Shown: piece after piece, positions 28,424-41,922 of the stretch
Position numbering within the stretch: the first letter of the stretch is position 1
How the letters are laid out: every line of letters begins with the position of its first letter
Assembly (NCBI RefSeq): GCF_000315625.1
Contig: NW_005434554.1
Coordinates: forward strand, 123,297-187,296
DNA from: Guillardia theta CCMP2712
Taxonomy: Eukaryota; Protista; Cryptophyta
DNA: 64,000 nt
Direction of reading: 5' to 3'
Made by a program: the position numbers and the translations under genes
The notes under the pieces: generated by a model
The model's input: the letters and a program-made list of their open reading frames with translations, nothing else
What the model was told of the DNA's origin: nothing
Databases searched by the model: none

Positions 28424-31400
28424 ATGCGAAGGAGCACCAACAAGCATGTGAGCTCGAAGACGCGCGGGAAGCTGATAGAAGCGAATCTCCTCGCGAGACG
28501 ATCTTGGGGAGGCGGTCTGGATGCCGAGAAGGAGAAGGTGGAGTTGCAGGTGACCGGGGTGAACAGCGAGGGGGAGAGGAAGAGGAAAGAGCTTGAGAGA
28601 CGCTTGTGGGAGACGAGGACGAGTCTGGACGAGTTAGAGGGAGCAAAGCACGAGCTGCTGGACGAGTCGATGAGGAGCATGGAGCACATGCTGTCTGAGC
28701 TCGAGAAGATCCGCTCCCATGGCGACAGCATGCGAGAGAGCATCGAGAGGGCGAAGCTGCAGCTGGAGAAGGCGGACCATCTCAAGGAGTTCTGCCTGCG
28801 GAACAACGAGATGCTCAGGAGCGAGACGCTGGAGATGCAGGTGGTGCAGGAAGAGGAAGGAGAAGGGGTCTCTCAAAGCATATCCAAGTACCTCCCCCAG
28901 GGGATCGGCGTGTGCGCTGAATGTAAGCCGATGAAGCGCTCGCTGGAGTATTGTAGGATAGAGTCAGGACACACGGAGCAGGTAAGAGAGGAGGGCGAGA
29001 GGGAAAGGATAGTCTACCTTCATCAACGATATCGCGACCTCCTGCTGGCAAGGACGAGCCTGTTTGATCGCTCGAAAGCTTCATTTGCTGACGGGCTGTT
29101 GGAAAACTTCAGTTTGAAGCTGCAGAAGCTGGAGGACTTTGGCATGTTTCAGAATCAAGATTGGATGGACGAGATTTCCAAGAAGAACAATCACGTTGAG
29201 AACGGTTTCTACAAGAAATCTTCAACATTACAGCCGACTTTCGATCGCGCCTACTCTTACTCCGGCAAGGGATTGTTAGGCAACATGAAATGTGTTCCCA
29301 GGAAGCGTTTTTTCTTCACATGCGGCAACTTGTTTGTGATCCAAGAGTTTGATCGAGCTGAACAACAATGCTTCTCCCAGCACGACGACCTCATCACTTC
29401 TTTCTCAGGTCATCCTCGAGAGGACCCTTCCACCATGGCGTCTGGTCAGAGCGGCGAGGGGAAAGTCTTCATATGGGACGTGGATACCTTGCAGACTGTG
29501 GCGGAATTGAGCACAACTCCCTCGGAGGAGAAGAAGAAGCATGCGGTGTTGTGGCTCGACCTGCCCAAGGGAGTCCGAGCTCTCTCCTTCAACGTGCAGG
29601 GCGATCACCTGGCAGTGCTGGGGGACGACGAGCAGCAGACCCTCCTGGTGTTCTCTTGCCATGTCCGACACAATCGGCGACCCTGGTCCCAGTGCGAGTG
29701 CATCGCCAAGTGCTCTGCCTCGCAGCTCAAGGTTGTGGTGTGCGAGTACGACAGGTACAGCTCGAGGCTTGTGACGGGCGGGGTGAACCACCTGGCCATC
29801 TGGTCGGTGAGGGCCGGGGCCCTGGAGCAGGAGAACGTGAGGAGCGGGCATGAGGTGTCGGAGGAGACGCACGTGTCGATCGGGTTCGTGGAGCGAGACC
29901 TGATGCTGACGGGAACGAGCTCGGGGCTGATCTTCGTGTGGCGAGGATCGCGACTCCATCGGATCATCTCAAACGCGCACGTGGGGCCCGTGCTGAGCAT
30001 CAGCTGCGAGGGAGCGAAGGTGACCACGGGAGGTCAGGACGAGAAGGTCTGCCTGTGGAACTTCGACCCTCTCTTCCGCATCGCCAACCCCGGCAAGCTC
30101 AAGGACGGGGAGATGCTGGTGGAGGAGCTCTTCCTCCCTCGCATCAGCGGGTTTGACTCCACGAGGGAGGAGGAGGCAAGCGACTCGTTGGGGGCGAACC
30201 TCAGCATCGGGAGCGTGTGCTCGGTCTCCTGGAACGTGAACCAGCTCTACTGCGGCACTTGGAACAACCACATCCTCGTGCTGGACGTGGCCAGGAAGAC
30301 AGTCGAGTTCTACGTGGCTGGACACCATGGTGAAGCGATGAGCGGGCTAGCGTTGGACCCTCAAACAGAGACGATGGCAACGGTGGGGCATGACGGAGTT
30401 ATCATCGTCACTGACACGAGGAAGGGACGACCCAAGTGCGCTCTTAACCTCAACGCGAGTTCTTTCAAGGCAGAGAGGAGACAGAGGAGGAAGACCAAGA
30501 TCACCTGCGTTGACTTGCACCCGACGGGCTCCGTTGCTGTTGCTACGGATGACGGGGTAATCTTCGGGTTCAAGCTGGTGGAAGCGACTCAGTCAGCACT
30601 GGGGCTGGAGCAGAACCTGATGTCGAAGTTGCTCCTCCGGCGAGACAGGCCAACTTCCATCCGGTTCTCACCAACAGCAACGAGACTTGCTGTGGGCATG
30701 CAGAGCGGGAGAGTGTGTGTCTACGACTTCGATGACTTGGTGCAGCAAACGATTGATCCCGTGGTTTGCCTGGGGTTGCGACAGGCCGTGACCAACATGG
30801 ATTGGAACCTTGAAGGCTCCAACATCCGATGCACAGACATGTACAACAACCTGAGGATGTACAACGCGCATAACGGCAATGAAATCTTCAACCAGAAATT
30901 GAAATTCCGAGCGACGGTGAAGAGAATGAGAGAAAGGGGCAGGTCCTCCATGTCTCCGATCGCTGTTAGCCTAACGGACTCGCTCCCATACCTCGTGACG
31001 TCTGTCGACAAGCTCTTCGACGTCAGGGGTAGGCGGTCAGACGACCTCGAGTACGGGAACGCTCAGATCTCAGTCGGCGATGAGCTGCTGACTGTCAACG
31101 GGATGGAGGTCCAGGACATGAGAGCAGGGGAGCTGCAGCTGCTGCTGTACGGGAGCGTCTGCACCAGGGAGTGCTCGACTGACTGCGGGCATGCCAACAT
31201 AACTCTAGAGCTCATGAGATCTGTCGAGCTGGAAAGAACGACTGGGAAGATGGCAGAGGAGCAGGAGGTGAAGGAACAAGGACGGAAGAAGATAGAATGG
31301 AACTCCCTGTCGTGTCCTTTGAGCTGGGAATGCTCGGACCTCTTCCTGCAAGAGGACGAGGCTTCAGCGCTCCGCTCTGTCACCTACCTGTCGGACAAGG

Positions 31401-34400
31401 AGACTGTGATTGCTGGCAACGTGTATGGAAACATACATGTTCTCACTAGAAATGGTGGAGGCATACATGTTCTCAGAAGAGACGCGGGAGGGACAGGCGG
31501 CAAGGTAGCAGAAGATTCACAGCAGACCATTCAGTGCTCCGTCGATTTCATTGTTGCGCATGCCGACAAAAAGATCTTCGTCACAGCCTCTCGCACCTTC
31601 GAGCTCACAGTGCAATGGAGGCTGGTGGCGGTGGAAGCGACAGCGCGTGTAGAGCATGCAGACGATGAGCTGGTGGCCATGAGGGACGAGTACAGGGAGT
31701 GGTACGGGGCGTCCACGAAGGTGGTGGGTCAAATCGCATGGCAGAGGAGGGAGGAGGACAGTCTGCAACGTCAGCTGAGGTGGGTGCAGAGCAGCGTACC
31801 TGCCCCGAGCAAGGAGGCTCGCAGAGTTCGCAGCGAGTACGAGGTGAGGATAGAGCATGTGCTCGGGCAGGCGCGGGCGACGAGGAGGAGGGCGATGGCG
31901 GTGCTGGCTAGCGGGGAGATGCTCTATCCTCTTGGTATCTACTGCGTTGTGGAGAACTTGATGGAGGAGGAGACGCGGCAGCGGCTGTTTGTCGGGCATG
32001 TGAACTTGGTCACTACCCTGACGGTTCACCCGAACAAGCGGCTGGTGGCTAGCGGGGATGCAGGACCGGTAGCTAAAGTCTGCGTGTGGGACGCGGAGGG
32101 TGCGGAGTGGGTTGACGGGGTGCTGACGTCGGAGATGCTAGGTGAAGCTATTGCTTCCTTTGACCTCGCTGACGGGCAGCAGGTCTATCAGGATACTTCA
32201 GCTCTCCCATCTCCTCCCTTGAGTTCTCGAGGGATGGGAGGCTGCTGATGATCGCGGAGGAAGGAGGAGGAGGGGACGTGCTGATCTTTGACTGGGAGCT
32301 TCAACCTGAGTCTCCCCTAGCACGAACTTCCCTCCCTCACGGCCCCCCCATCGTCGCTTGTCACATCCCTGACACCAACCTGATCGTGTTGTGCTTTCAC
32401 CGGGGCAACAAGCTCCTGCAGGTTCACGACCCGAGCGACGAGGACGCGAGCTCCTCGTGCTCCTTGTCCCTCACGTCGACGCGAGTCTCGGATGGACATC
32501 ATGCCTGGGCTCTGCTTCAAGTTGCCTCCCCGGGGCTGGAGGGGAACGTGCGTCAAGGAGGTGGGGAGGACTCTCTGACTGACGAGCGGCAGGTGGAGGA
32601 GGCAGGGCTGGCGTACCTGACGGCAGGACAGACGTGGATGGAGGCGGTTGCGAGCGAGTGGTGGGCGAGCGGGACGACAGGAGGGGAGCTGCTGCTGTGG
32701 CATAAGGAGGAGCTGGTGCAGTCGGAGAGGGCGCATGAGGGCTGCTTGCTGGCTGTAGCGTCAAACTATGAGTTCCGCAGCGGCTACTTCAAGACTGAAG
32801 GAGACGGGAAGGACTTGCAAGACTCGGGCGACAAGGGGACAGGGGAGAGAGTGTCGTGGAGGAGGGCGAGGCAGAACAAGGAGCTTGACGTGAAAGCTGA
32901 CAGGGACCTCGTGGTGACGGTAGGAGCTGACGAGACCATGCGAGTCTGGAAGCTGTCGGACAGCTTCGTGGTGGGAGGAAGGAGATTCAAGATCGACGAG
33001 CTGTACGCGCGGCTGAAGATGCTGTCACAGAGCATCCGGTCGCGTCTGATTCTCATCTCCACCATCGACCTCTGGATCAAGACCATCCAATCTCTTGACG
33101 TGTTCGAGCTTCTCAGTCAGAGCCACGTCATCGGTCCTCATGAGTGGTACCCGATCCTTGAGAAGAACAAGAAGCTGGCGGAGACTTACGTTGACTTCTT
33201 CAACTTCATGCTTGACGTCCAACGGTTCTGTGCCGCCAAGTATCAAACAGACACTTCGGAGTTGATACAGAGAGTGTTTCATTGGAAAACACGATCAAGA
33301 CAATGAGGGCGGAGAAACTTCAGGTCGTCTCGTGACTTGAAGATGCGACGCTGACTGAAATATGACAGGACAAAGTTAAAATCCTCACCCATCAGAATGA
33401 AATTTCAAGGTTGAAAAAGCTGCTCAGCGAGCAGAACTTTGCAATACAGAAGAGCGTTGCCCTGGTTGAAGAATTCAAGGTAGATCATCTCAAGAACAAC
33501 CTGGTGCCTGATATGTCTGATGTTGTGTGATACTCTGACTTCATATTGCTAGTCATCGTCGGATACTCTCCAACCTCAGTTCTTGAACTTCACTTCCTCT
33601 TCCGAGGTTGTGCTGGGGTATCGTGACATGTCAATGTTCCACCTGAACCTCAAAGACGGTACTCGCACATCCTCCTCGTCTCGTTGCTGACAGCTGTGCT
33701 GATAGGCTGCTGGCGAACGATCCATCAGGGCTTCGCTGCCGACGTGACGCAGATCAGAGCCTCTGTCGACGTCAACGAGATGGTGACAGCTGGAAACTCT
33801 TCCCACGTGAACTTCTGGCGGGTTGACAACTACAAGCTGAGAAAGCACAAGCTCGATCGAGTCGTGAGCAGCGTCGACACGTGCGAGAGCTTCACCGTCT
33901 GCGGCTGCGAGGATGGCGCAATGGTGTTCATGCTGAATGACAAGCAGAAGCTCACCTACACCATCCAGCTGGGAAAGGAGAAGATCCACCGGGTGAGGAT
34001 CAACAAGGCAGGCGACATGCTGGCAGCAGCGGTTTCGCGCGAGGTTCTCATCTGCAATGTACAGAAGTTGAAGGGGGAGGGGGAGGGGGAGGATGGAAAT
34101 GCCTCGCTCGCCTCCTCCTCCTCGATCGTTGGACGTCTGTCAGGCCACACGTCTCAGGTCTCTGAGCTCGACTGGTCTGTCGACGGGGAGTGGCTCCGCT
34201 CAGTCTCGTTAGAAGCAGGAGAGCTCTTGTTCTGGGACGCTTTCAAGTGCCGCCGCCTCTCCCCCTTCCTCTCTCGCGATGTTGAGTGGCTCAGCGCAAG
34301 CTGCTCCTTGGGATGGCACGTGATACCGGGGCACGAGCACACGTGGCTGGACGAGAAGCTGGTGAGCAAGCACCTCCGAGTGACGCGGGGGATGCAGGTC

Positions 34401-35872
34401 ACCCGCCAGCTGGTGGAGGAGGAGTCGAGAGCCGTGGTGGGAACGGTCTCGAGGTTGACGGGGGAGGACGTCTGCCTTGTGCAGTGGCACAACAAGGTGG
34501 CCAAGTCCTTCTGGCAGATGGAGAAGGAAGCTGAGAACGAGGACAAGCGCAAACAGCTGCGGCTGCTGGACAACACCCGGGAAAACTACATCCTGGTTAC
34601 GGACTCTTGGAAGGACCAGGAGGAAGGAATTCAGCTCGTGGGGTGCGGCGATCGCAACGGGCATGTTCTGATCTTCGACTCTTCCCAGCACGCGTTTCCA
34701 CGGCCCATCCTCCAAGTGCAGGTACACTCCGGGCCAGTTTCTCAGCTCAGCTTCTCGATGGATGGGAGTCGTATCTTCACCTACGGGGAGGACTCTTGCT
34801 TAACTGCCTGGCGGTTTCAAAAGCGAGCAGCTGGGGTGTGTCTTGCTGACTTCCTGCTGGACTGCTCGACAGGCAGCTCGATCCACTTCTTCAAGAGGCT
34901 CAAGGAGCTGCCAGCCATGCTGTTCCCGTCCGATCGAGTGGGGGGCCGGGAGAGGATGAAGCACGTGCTGAAGCTGGTGGATCAGATGCGGTCAGGAGTG
35001 AGAGGAGACTCGGACAGGTCGGTCGGAGTGATCATGTCGTTTGATGAGAGGATGGGGATCGAGTTGTTCCAGCAGAGGAAGCAGCCGAGAGTGATCGAGC
35101 AGATAGCAGAGGAGCTCTTGTTGCTGTTCGACATCCCCAGCAGAAGGGTCGAGTTCCATGTTATCGATCGCAAGGTCTGCACTACCTTCCAGTTCAACCT
35201 CCTCCCGAGGTTCTCGCAGTCGGAGCCGTCGACGCATCAATGTCTTTCTCTGCTCCTGCAAGAGATCATAAACCCCTTCGTGCTCAAGAAGCGTCAGAGC
35301 AGCTTCAAGTACCTCCAGCATGTCATCCTTGCAAACAAAGTCGAAACCTTCAGAACCAGCGGGAACAAGCAGCTCCAGCAGCAGGTGGAGGAGCAGGACA
35401 GCAAGAGCGCAAACCTGATAGCTCGCCTCCGGCGCTTCGAGCAAAGATTTCGCATCTACCACCGGAGAATCTTCGAGGGCATCCAGCCCACCAAGGTGAC
35501 GCAGTCGAGGAGCGGACAGCAGCGGGTGAAGTTCAACGAGACGATCATGACAAGGGGAGAGCTGAAGCTGCTCTTCAACCTCCTCGACCATGGGAACAGG
35601 AAAGTCATTCGTGTGGACGACCTGCTGAAGGCCGTCAAGAACAACCCCGACCTTGCCAACATCCTCAACGTGGCCACGGAGAGCAGTCAGAGCATGATGT
35701 AGCTGCCCTGTGCCGGTAGCCCCGGGCCCTCTGACTTGCTCTCTCAGATTGAAGCGGATCGAGTCAAAGTTGCCCAACTCCCCCAAGGAACTGATGAGCA
35801 GGGAGATCGACGCCAACGACTTCATCAGCATCTTCAAGGGTGAGTTCACCTGCCTTCTCCTCCTTTTCTTGG

Positions 35873-35969
<97 letters not shown>

Positions 35970-38431
35970 TTCCCCTCTTCTCTTTCTCCTCCTCTCTTAC
36001 CTCCCTCTCCTGTCTCACCTCCCTCTCTCCTCCCCCTCTCCTCCCCCTCTCCTCCCGCTGCTCCTCTTCCTCCTCCTCCAACACCACCACTTCCTCCTCC
36101 TCCTCTTCATCTGCCCATGTGATCAACGCGGGTTGAGCTTGGGCCCTGACAATCTGCGCAGAGGAGAGAAGTAAGACGGAAGAGGAGCAGGAAGTGAAGA
36201 GGATCGAAGGAGATCGGTGGAGCATCAGGAACAGAATCCACCAGGCCCCAGGGACTCACCTGACCTCCCTCCTCGTCTCTCGCCCATGGCGTGAGGCGAT
36301 TAGGAGGGAGAGGTCGCCCTCAGAGCTCTGGGAGCACGGCATTCACTCCCTCACCAGCCTCATGGCTGATCGCAACACTAACAAGGATGTTGAAGCTGGG
36401 GGAGGCGTCAAAGCTTCCCTGCAGTCCACCACTGACGAGGGTACTCCTTCTCTTCTGCTCTGCTCTACCGTGTTGAGCTCTTCTCTTGGACTGACTTTCC
36501 TTGACAGCCTTCAGACGGCACATGAAGCAGTACGCGCCTGTCAAGACAGCATTGGAAGTGTTTCAAGTGTTGGACGTCAACAGTCGAGGCTTCATCACCT
36601 TCTCATCCTTGTGCGACGCACTGCAAGCAGGGGATGATGCAGTCAAGCTGGGGATATTCATCCTCGACTCGTTCCAAGCCTTCACCGCAAGGCTCTCTCG
36701 ATACCTGTGCTCCCAGCCCTCCCCTACTCTCTCCCTCCTCTTACGCCCTGGCAGGTTTGGAGAGGAGGAGATCAGCGGCAGCCGCCCCATCTCGCTCGAT
36801 CACTTCCTCGAGAGATTCAGCGCAACTTCCAGAGGTCTTGACATGTCTTCAAGCTGCTGATGCTGACGGGGGTCGCGCGTCAGACAAGCTCTCGGTCGTT
36901 GTCCCCTTCAGGCCTCCCATGAAGCCTAGTAAGATCTCAGCCTCCCTCACGCTCCACCTCTTCCAGGAGATCCAGGGGGGCCTGGGCAGGAGCGTCAAGT
37001 TCGAAGATCTCATGCAGTATGTGAAGAGCAACCGAACGTGCTCGGACGCCCTGGGGCTCACGGACTGGCTGAAGCAAGGCGATGCTGCGGAGAGAGTTTC
37101 ACTCCACATGTACCAACTCTCCTCTTGCCCAGTCCACCTCTGACGATGCTTCAGTTTCGGGAGCAGCAGCGGCTGGAAGGAGAGGGAGCTGCTGCTAGAG
37201 GACTTCCTCGTAGCCTTCGCGCACGTGTCGAAAGGTTAGCGGAGCCTCTGACAGCTGGAGGGTTGCTGACGACTGACAGACAAGCTCGGCGTTTCTCGCC
37301 CTTACAAGATGCCGCGGTGGAAGCAGAGCCTCCCCAAAATCTCCCTGCCCACCGCGATGAAAGTGTTTGACATGTGCTCGGACAAGCCCGCGCACTCCAT
37401 CTCCTTCGGGCAGCTCATCGAGAGTCTGGAGAGATACCCCAACATGGTTGAGATGATGCAGCTGGGTGAGGTGATGAAGGAGGAGGACAGGGCAGCCACT
37501 ATCTTTCAATCCATGTACTGCGATAGCTCCCTCCTGCCTGCTGCTCACTGTGACGCTCAGGTTCGGCTCCAAGGAGATGGACTTCAGGAAGAGCATCTCG
37601 TTTCAAGACTTCATCCGCATCTTTTCTTCGCAAGACAAACGTGCTCTGCCTCCCCTCCTCCTCCTCCCTCGCTGACGTCAGTTTGACGCAGACGCTCTTG
37701 GCCTGTCCAAGGGCTTCAAGCGCAAGAGGAGGAGGGCGCGAGTGACCCTCCTGCCTGTGGACATGGCGAGCAAGTGCTTCGAAGAGCTGGACGAGAGGAG
37801 AAGAGGCTTCATAACTCATAGCGAACTCATCTCGAAGCTCTACGACAAGCCGCACCTCGCTAAGGCCCTCGGGTTGGCGAACAAGATGTCCTTCATGCCC
37901 CGGCAGCGCTTCTCCCTCTTCCTCTACGGCATCTTGTACGCTCCTCTCCCACACGCCTCCTCCTGACTTCACCGCAGCAACCCCGGCAAGAGCGAAGTGG
38001 CAGAGGCGCAGAAGTACTCCTCCCGGCACTTCGTCAAGACTCTCTCCGGCACCGACCTCGCCGGTCAGTCCAACGCCCTGCGCAACTGGAGGAAGCTCTT
38101 CCGCAGCCAACTCGATCGCCCGAGGTGGACGCAGCTCGTGACTCGGCTCCTCATCTTCAACCTCTCCCTCTTCTCCGTCAAGGGCATCCGGAGGATCCGC
38201 AACGCTGCTGTGCAGGCCGCCGAGCTGACCGTGCGCTTCATGGAGGCGATTGACTCACCCAGAGCAGTGCTGCACAAGGGGGACGGGGACAAAATCGCTG
38301 CCGTGCTGTGCCAGGTGGTTTACATTGCCAACTTCAACGGGCCCGTGCACGAGTCGCAGCTGGACCTCGCGGTCTCTCGAGTCAGGAGGCTGCTGGACTC
38401 GATGAGGAGCAAGGGCTTGTCGGCTACTTGA
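28424..38431 (+). CDS. Very large EML (HELP/WD40 TAPE)-like microtubule-associated protein with a PDZ-like insert and a C-terminal EF-hand region
   Basis: Many WD40 repeats; HELP-like RIEHVLG and FDRAYSYSG; EML-type LSCPLSW and SASCSLGW segments; EF loops (LDHGNRKVIRVDDL, LDVNSRGFITFSSL, LDERRRGFITHSEL). ORFs 28355-32248, 32248-33306, 33684-35702 and small exons to 38431 appear joinable by GT-AG introns, but this could be two genes. Confidence 0.75.
35873..35966. repeat. (CTG)n trinucleotide tract (~31 units), intronic
   Basis: Direct reading; it follows the splice donor at ~35840. Confidence 0.95.
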
Positions 38432-39027
38432 GGTGAGTGAGTGTGAGGCAAGTGAAGCAGCAAGCGATCAGTGAAGCGACATGTACACGATGACAACCAA
38501 CGACACTCGCATATCTGATGACGCCTTAGCGCCGCCGGCTCTTTCCCGGCGAAACTTGATTTTTTCAAAAGTTACTTATCAGCTGCGATGAGTCCTTTCG
38601 GTTACCAAACGTGTGTCGTAAATTTCATCCACATTCACGAAACGCTCTGATACTACAACGTTTCTGGAAAATTACAATTGAGTGAACCCTGCCAGCCTGC
38701 ACCCCTACCACCACCGACTAGAAGTACCCCCACCCCCTCTATGGCCTTGCTCCACCATGCATGGTACCACAATAATCATGAACGCAAAAAGCTCCTGATG
38801 ACCCCTACCCCCTTTCTACCACTCCTTTCGGTCCTCCGCCGTTAACCCCTTCCCATACGAAATCCCTTCACCTTCCTACGCATCTACCCTTCTCCACTTT
38901 CCAACTCATTCTCAACCCCCTTCTTCCCTATCCTTCTTCCTCTTCCTCTCCCTCTCTCTCTCCCTCTCTCTCTCCCTCTTCTTCGTCTCCAGTTTCGTTG
39001 TTGCCTTGAAACGAACAAACAATATCG

Positions 39028-39971
39028 ATGCATCCCTTCGAAGATCCTTACCCTCCCCTTCCTCTCATCCCAAAAGATGAAGTCGCTCAGGTGAACTATG
39101 AGTTCAAACTCTTTTCTCCTGATTTGCATAACACAATCGTCCCAGGTCAGGATGTATGAGATCCAAGCAAGCCCCCCCTGCGTCATGGTCAGAGCGCTCC
39201 TCGCCTATGGAGGACTCAAGTACGAGAGCGTCCTCGTCAACATGATGAGCACAAGGCATCTGGACATTCCGACCCTGGTCGTTAACGGCATGCAGGTGCC
39301 TGCCGCCACAACAAACCAAGCCGACTCAGCCTGACGTCCTGCCCAGATTAACGACTCCTACATCATCTACAAAGAGCTCTCCGCCATCATCTTCGAGCGA
39401 TCTCTCTCGGCCCTAGAGTGCCAGCAGATCCATGACATCACGTACGGGATGCTGCTGGCGTTCCAGTCGGAGTTCTTCAGCTCTCTGGCCGTGAGGAAGA
39501 AGTTCGTCCGCCTGTCCTTCGCGGGCAACGGCTGCTTCACGTGCTTCTTCCACCCTCTCATCCGCATGTACGTGGGCCGTGCTCCCAACCGCATCCAGTA
39601 AGTCCAAGAGGGTGAGGGCGAGGGCTGATGACTGCTACCACAGCGCGGCCCATCCTGACCTGCAGTCGTTGGACTTCTACGGGAAGAAGTTTAGCGCGGA
39701 GATCAACAAGGGGACGTTTCACGGAGGAGCTCAGCCCGGGCCCGTCGACATCATGGTGTGGGCCCTGACGGAGCTCGGCAAGGTGAGGCCTGGGTGTGGG
39801 TGAGGGGGGTCGGGGGGCTTGGGGGGGCACGGGGGCTGGAGGAGAGGAGAGGGGCGGGTCGGGGACTGACGAGGGAACGCTTGGCAGCACATGGGCCTCG
39901 AGCCGAGCATCGAGCGGTGGATCGCGGGGTGCGGTCTGAGAGCATGGTCCAACGCGATGGAGGGTACTTGA
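39028..39971 (+). CDS. mPGES2-like glutaredoxin/GST-fold protein, copy 1
   Basis: Spliced VRMYEIQASPPCVMVRALLAYGGLKYESVLVN...IPTLVVNGMQ|INDSYIIY...FHGGAQPGPVDIMVW matches the prostaglandin E synthase-2 pattern. Confidence 0.8.
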
Positions 39972-40440
39972 ATGTGTAGAGGAGGGGGAGGAGACTGAGA
40001 CAGGGTGGCACGTCAGATGTGATGGGGAGGAAGCAATCTCTCTGGTGGGACCAATAGAAGTCAACGTCTTTCTGCTGGAGTATTGCTCTCGTTGGAGTTG
40101 GTGCGTGCGCGCGCGTATGTGAAGGGGGTTGGAAGGGAATCAGAACCGGGCAGGAGGGGGGAGCGGAATGAGCTGTAAAGAAAATGATTGCTAGCTTGTA
40201 AATAGTAAGAGGGCCTTCAGAAAGGAGGAGAATTCAAAGTACTCCCTTGTTTCTTAGAGCCGATGTAAAGTTTGAGTGCTGTATTTTTGCTTGACAATGA
40301 AATTACACTGAACGTCGCATACCTCCTCACCGGGAAAAATACAAGATTAAGAGCTCAGCTTCTTGCATTTGATAGACATAGCAGTCGCTGGTCAAATCGG
40401 AAAACTTGCAGCTGTGAAGGCTTGTCGGGGTTTACATGCT

Positions 40441-41922
40441 CTAGCGCTGGAGAAGCTTGACCAGCTTCTCCAAGACAGGCCCACATCGCTCGTGGATCTG
40501 CAGGCAGGGTCATGGACAGCATCTGACTCTGCAGGGCTGACAGACCTTGAGGTGGTTGACTTGTTGTTTGTCCATCCTTGTCTCTCCTATGTTGATGGCT
40601 GCGATGGGAATCTTGCGCCTGTGAGCCTCTTGCACCAACCGGAAGGACGACAGTACCTGCTCAGTGCTGTCACTCGTTCGGCTTCATCCCCCCTCAGCCC
40701 TCTCCAACCGAGACAGAGGAGCCGATCACAAGCAGACCAGAAGCTCCTTGAACTAGCTCACTAGCCTGGTCCTTCTTGTCCTTGGGAACGATATCGCCTT
40801 CACAACCGTCAGATGCTGCCAAGTGAAAGACCCGAACGAGAACCGAAGAAAACAACGTCAGGTTTCATGATCCCTCCGCATTCTTTGCACTCTGAACCAG
40901 GGCAAAAGTTCAGAAGCGGCACAAAATTTCGTGCTGTCCACCAGGCACGTGAAAATCCTCGAAGTCTGAGTTAGTCAGGTTAACATCGCCTGGACAACAT
41001 CAGCTCCATCACATAGCTCACGTCGAGTGTACCGTCCGCTCGCATCTCGGCAGTGAAGTAGTGATCGTGATGGGACAGCCATTCTCTGTTTGCCGGCTCG
41101 AGATGATGATCATGGAACTCTTGCCGTGACCTGCGGAGGGTCAGGACAAAACCTCAGGTCCGCGGGGTGGGAGCGATCACATTCGGTTCCCACAGGACAT
41201 GCATCGGACGATGTCGTTCCTCCCATGCAGATCAAGGACCTTGACACTCCCAGCCTGCAAGCTCTGTCATCTGAGGATCGTCATGGCTGACGGCCAACCT
41301 TCTGGTGTAGCCCATCAACGTTCTGGGTGACGATGTGGTCGAACACCTTCATGCCCTCAAGTCTCTGCAGGGCGACATGCCCCAGGTTCCTACAGCTCTT
41401 CCTCAGTCTCCTCGCACCGTCTCAAGGGGCACTCACGGTCGAGCACGAGCAAGAGGCTGCCAACCGAAGAAAGACCTTGCCCAGTACCTGCTCCTTATGA
41501 GATAGGCGGCCAGTTCAAGGCAGAGGCATGCATACACCTTCTCCTACTGTTGACGGACGTCATGAACCTGTTGTGCATGATGGGCTTGTGGCCCTTGCTG
41601 TACGAACCATTGGGGGATCTGCAGCATGGATCAGTCAAGTTGTCTACCAGGTGGCCATCCCTCCTCCTCACCGGTAGTCAGGTATCCCACTCTCCGTGCT
41701 CACTCCCGCGCCTGTCAGAGCTACGATCCTCTGCGAGCTGCACCTGTCGATCCAGGAAGCAAGCTTATATGCAGCATCCTGCTCTTGGCCATGGCCCGTT
41801 GGAGGCTCGAAGGAGGGGTTGCTTTGCCTAGCGCAACAGTGATCGGGCTAGCACCGCAGATTCAGCACATGCCACCTCACGACGTGTGACGAGAAGCGCT
41901 TGCGTAAACAGGAATTGATCAT
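40441..41922 (-). CDS. SIRT4: Class II (SIRT4-like) NAD-dependent sirtuin with a mitochondrial-type presequence, many tiny introns
   Basis: Spliced [16 protein letters not shown]|[53 protein letters not shown] and AINIGETR. N-terminus [12 protein letters not shown]. Confidence 0.9.

Noticed and set aside
35764-36225. Poly-Q, poly-L and poly-C ORFs
   Set aside because: They come from an intronic (CTG)n tract.
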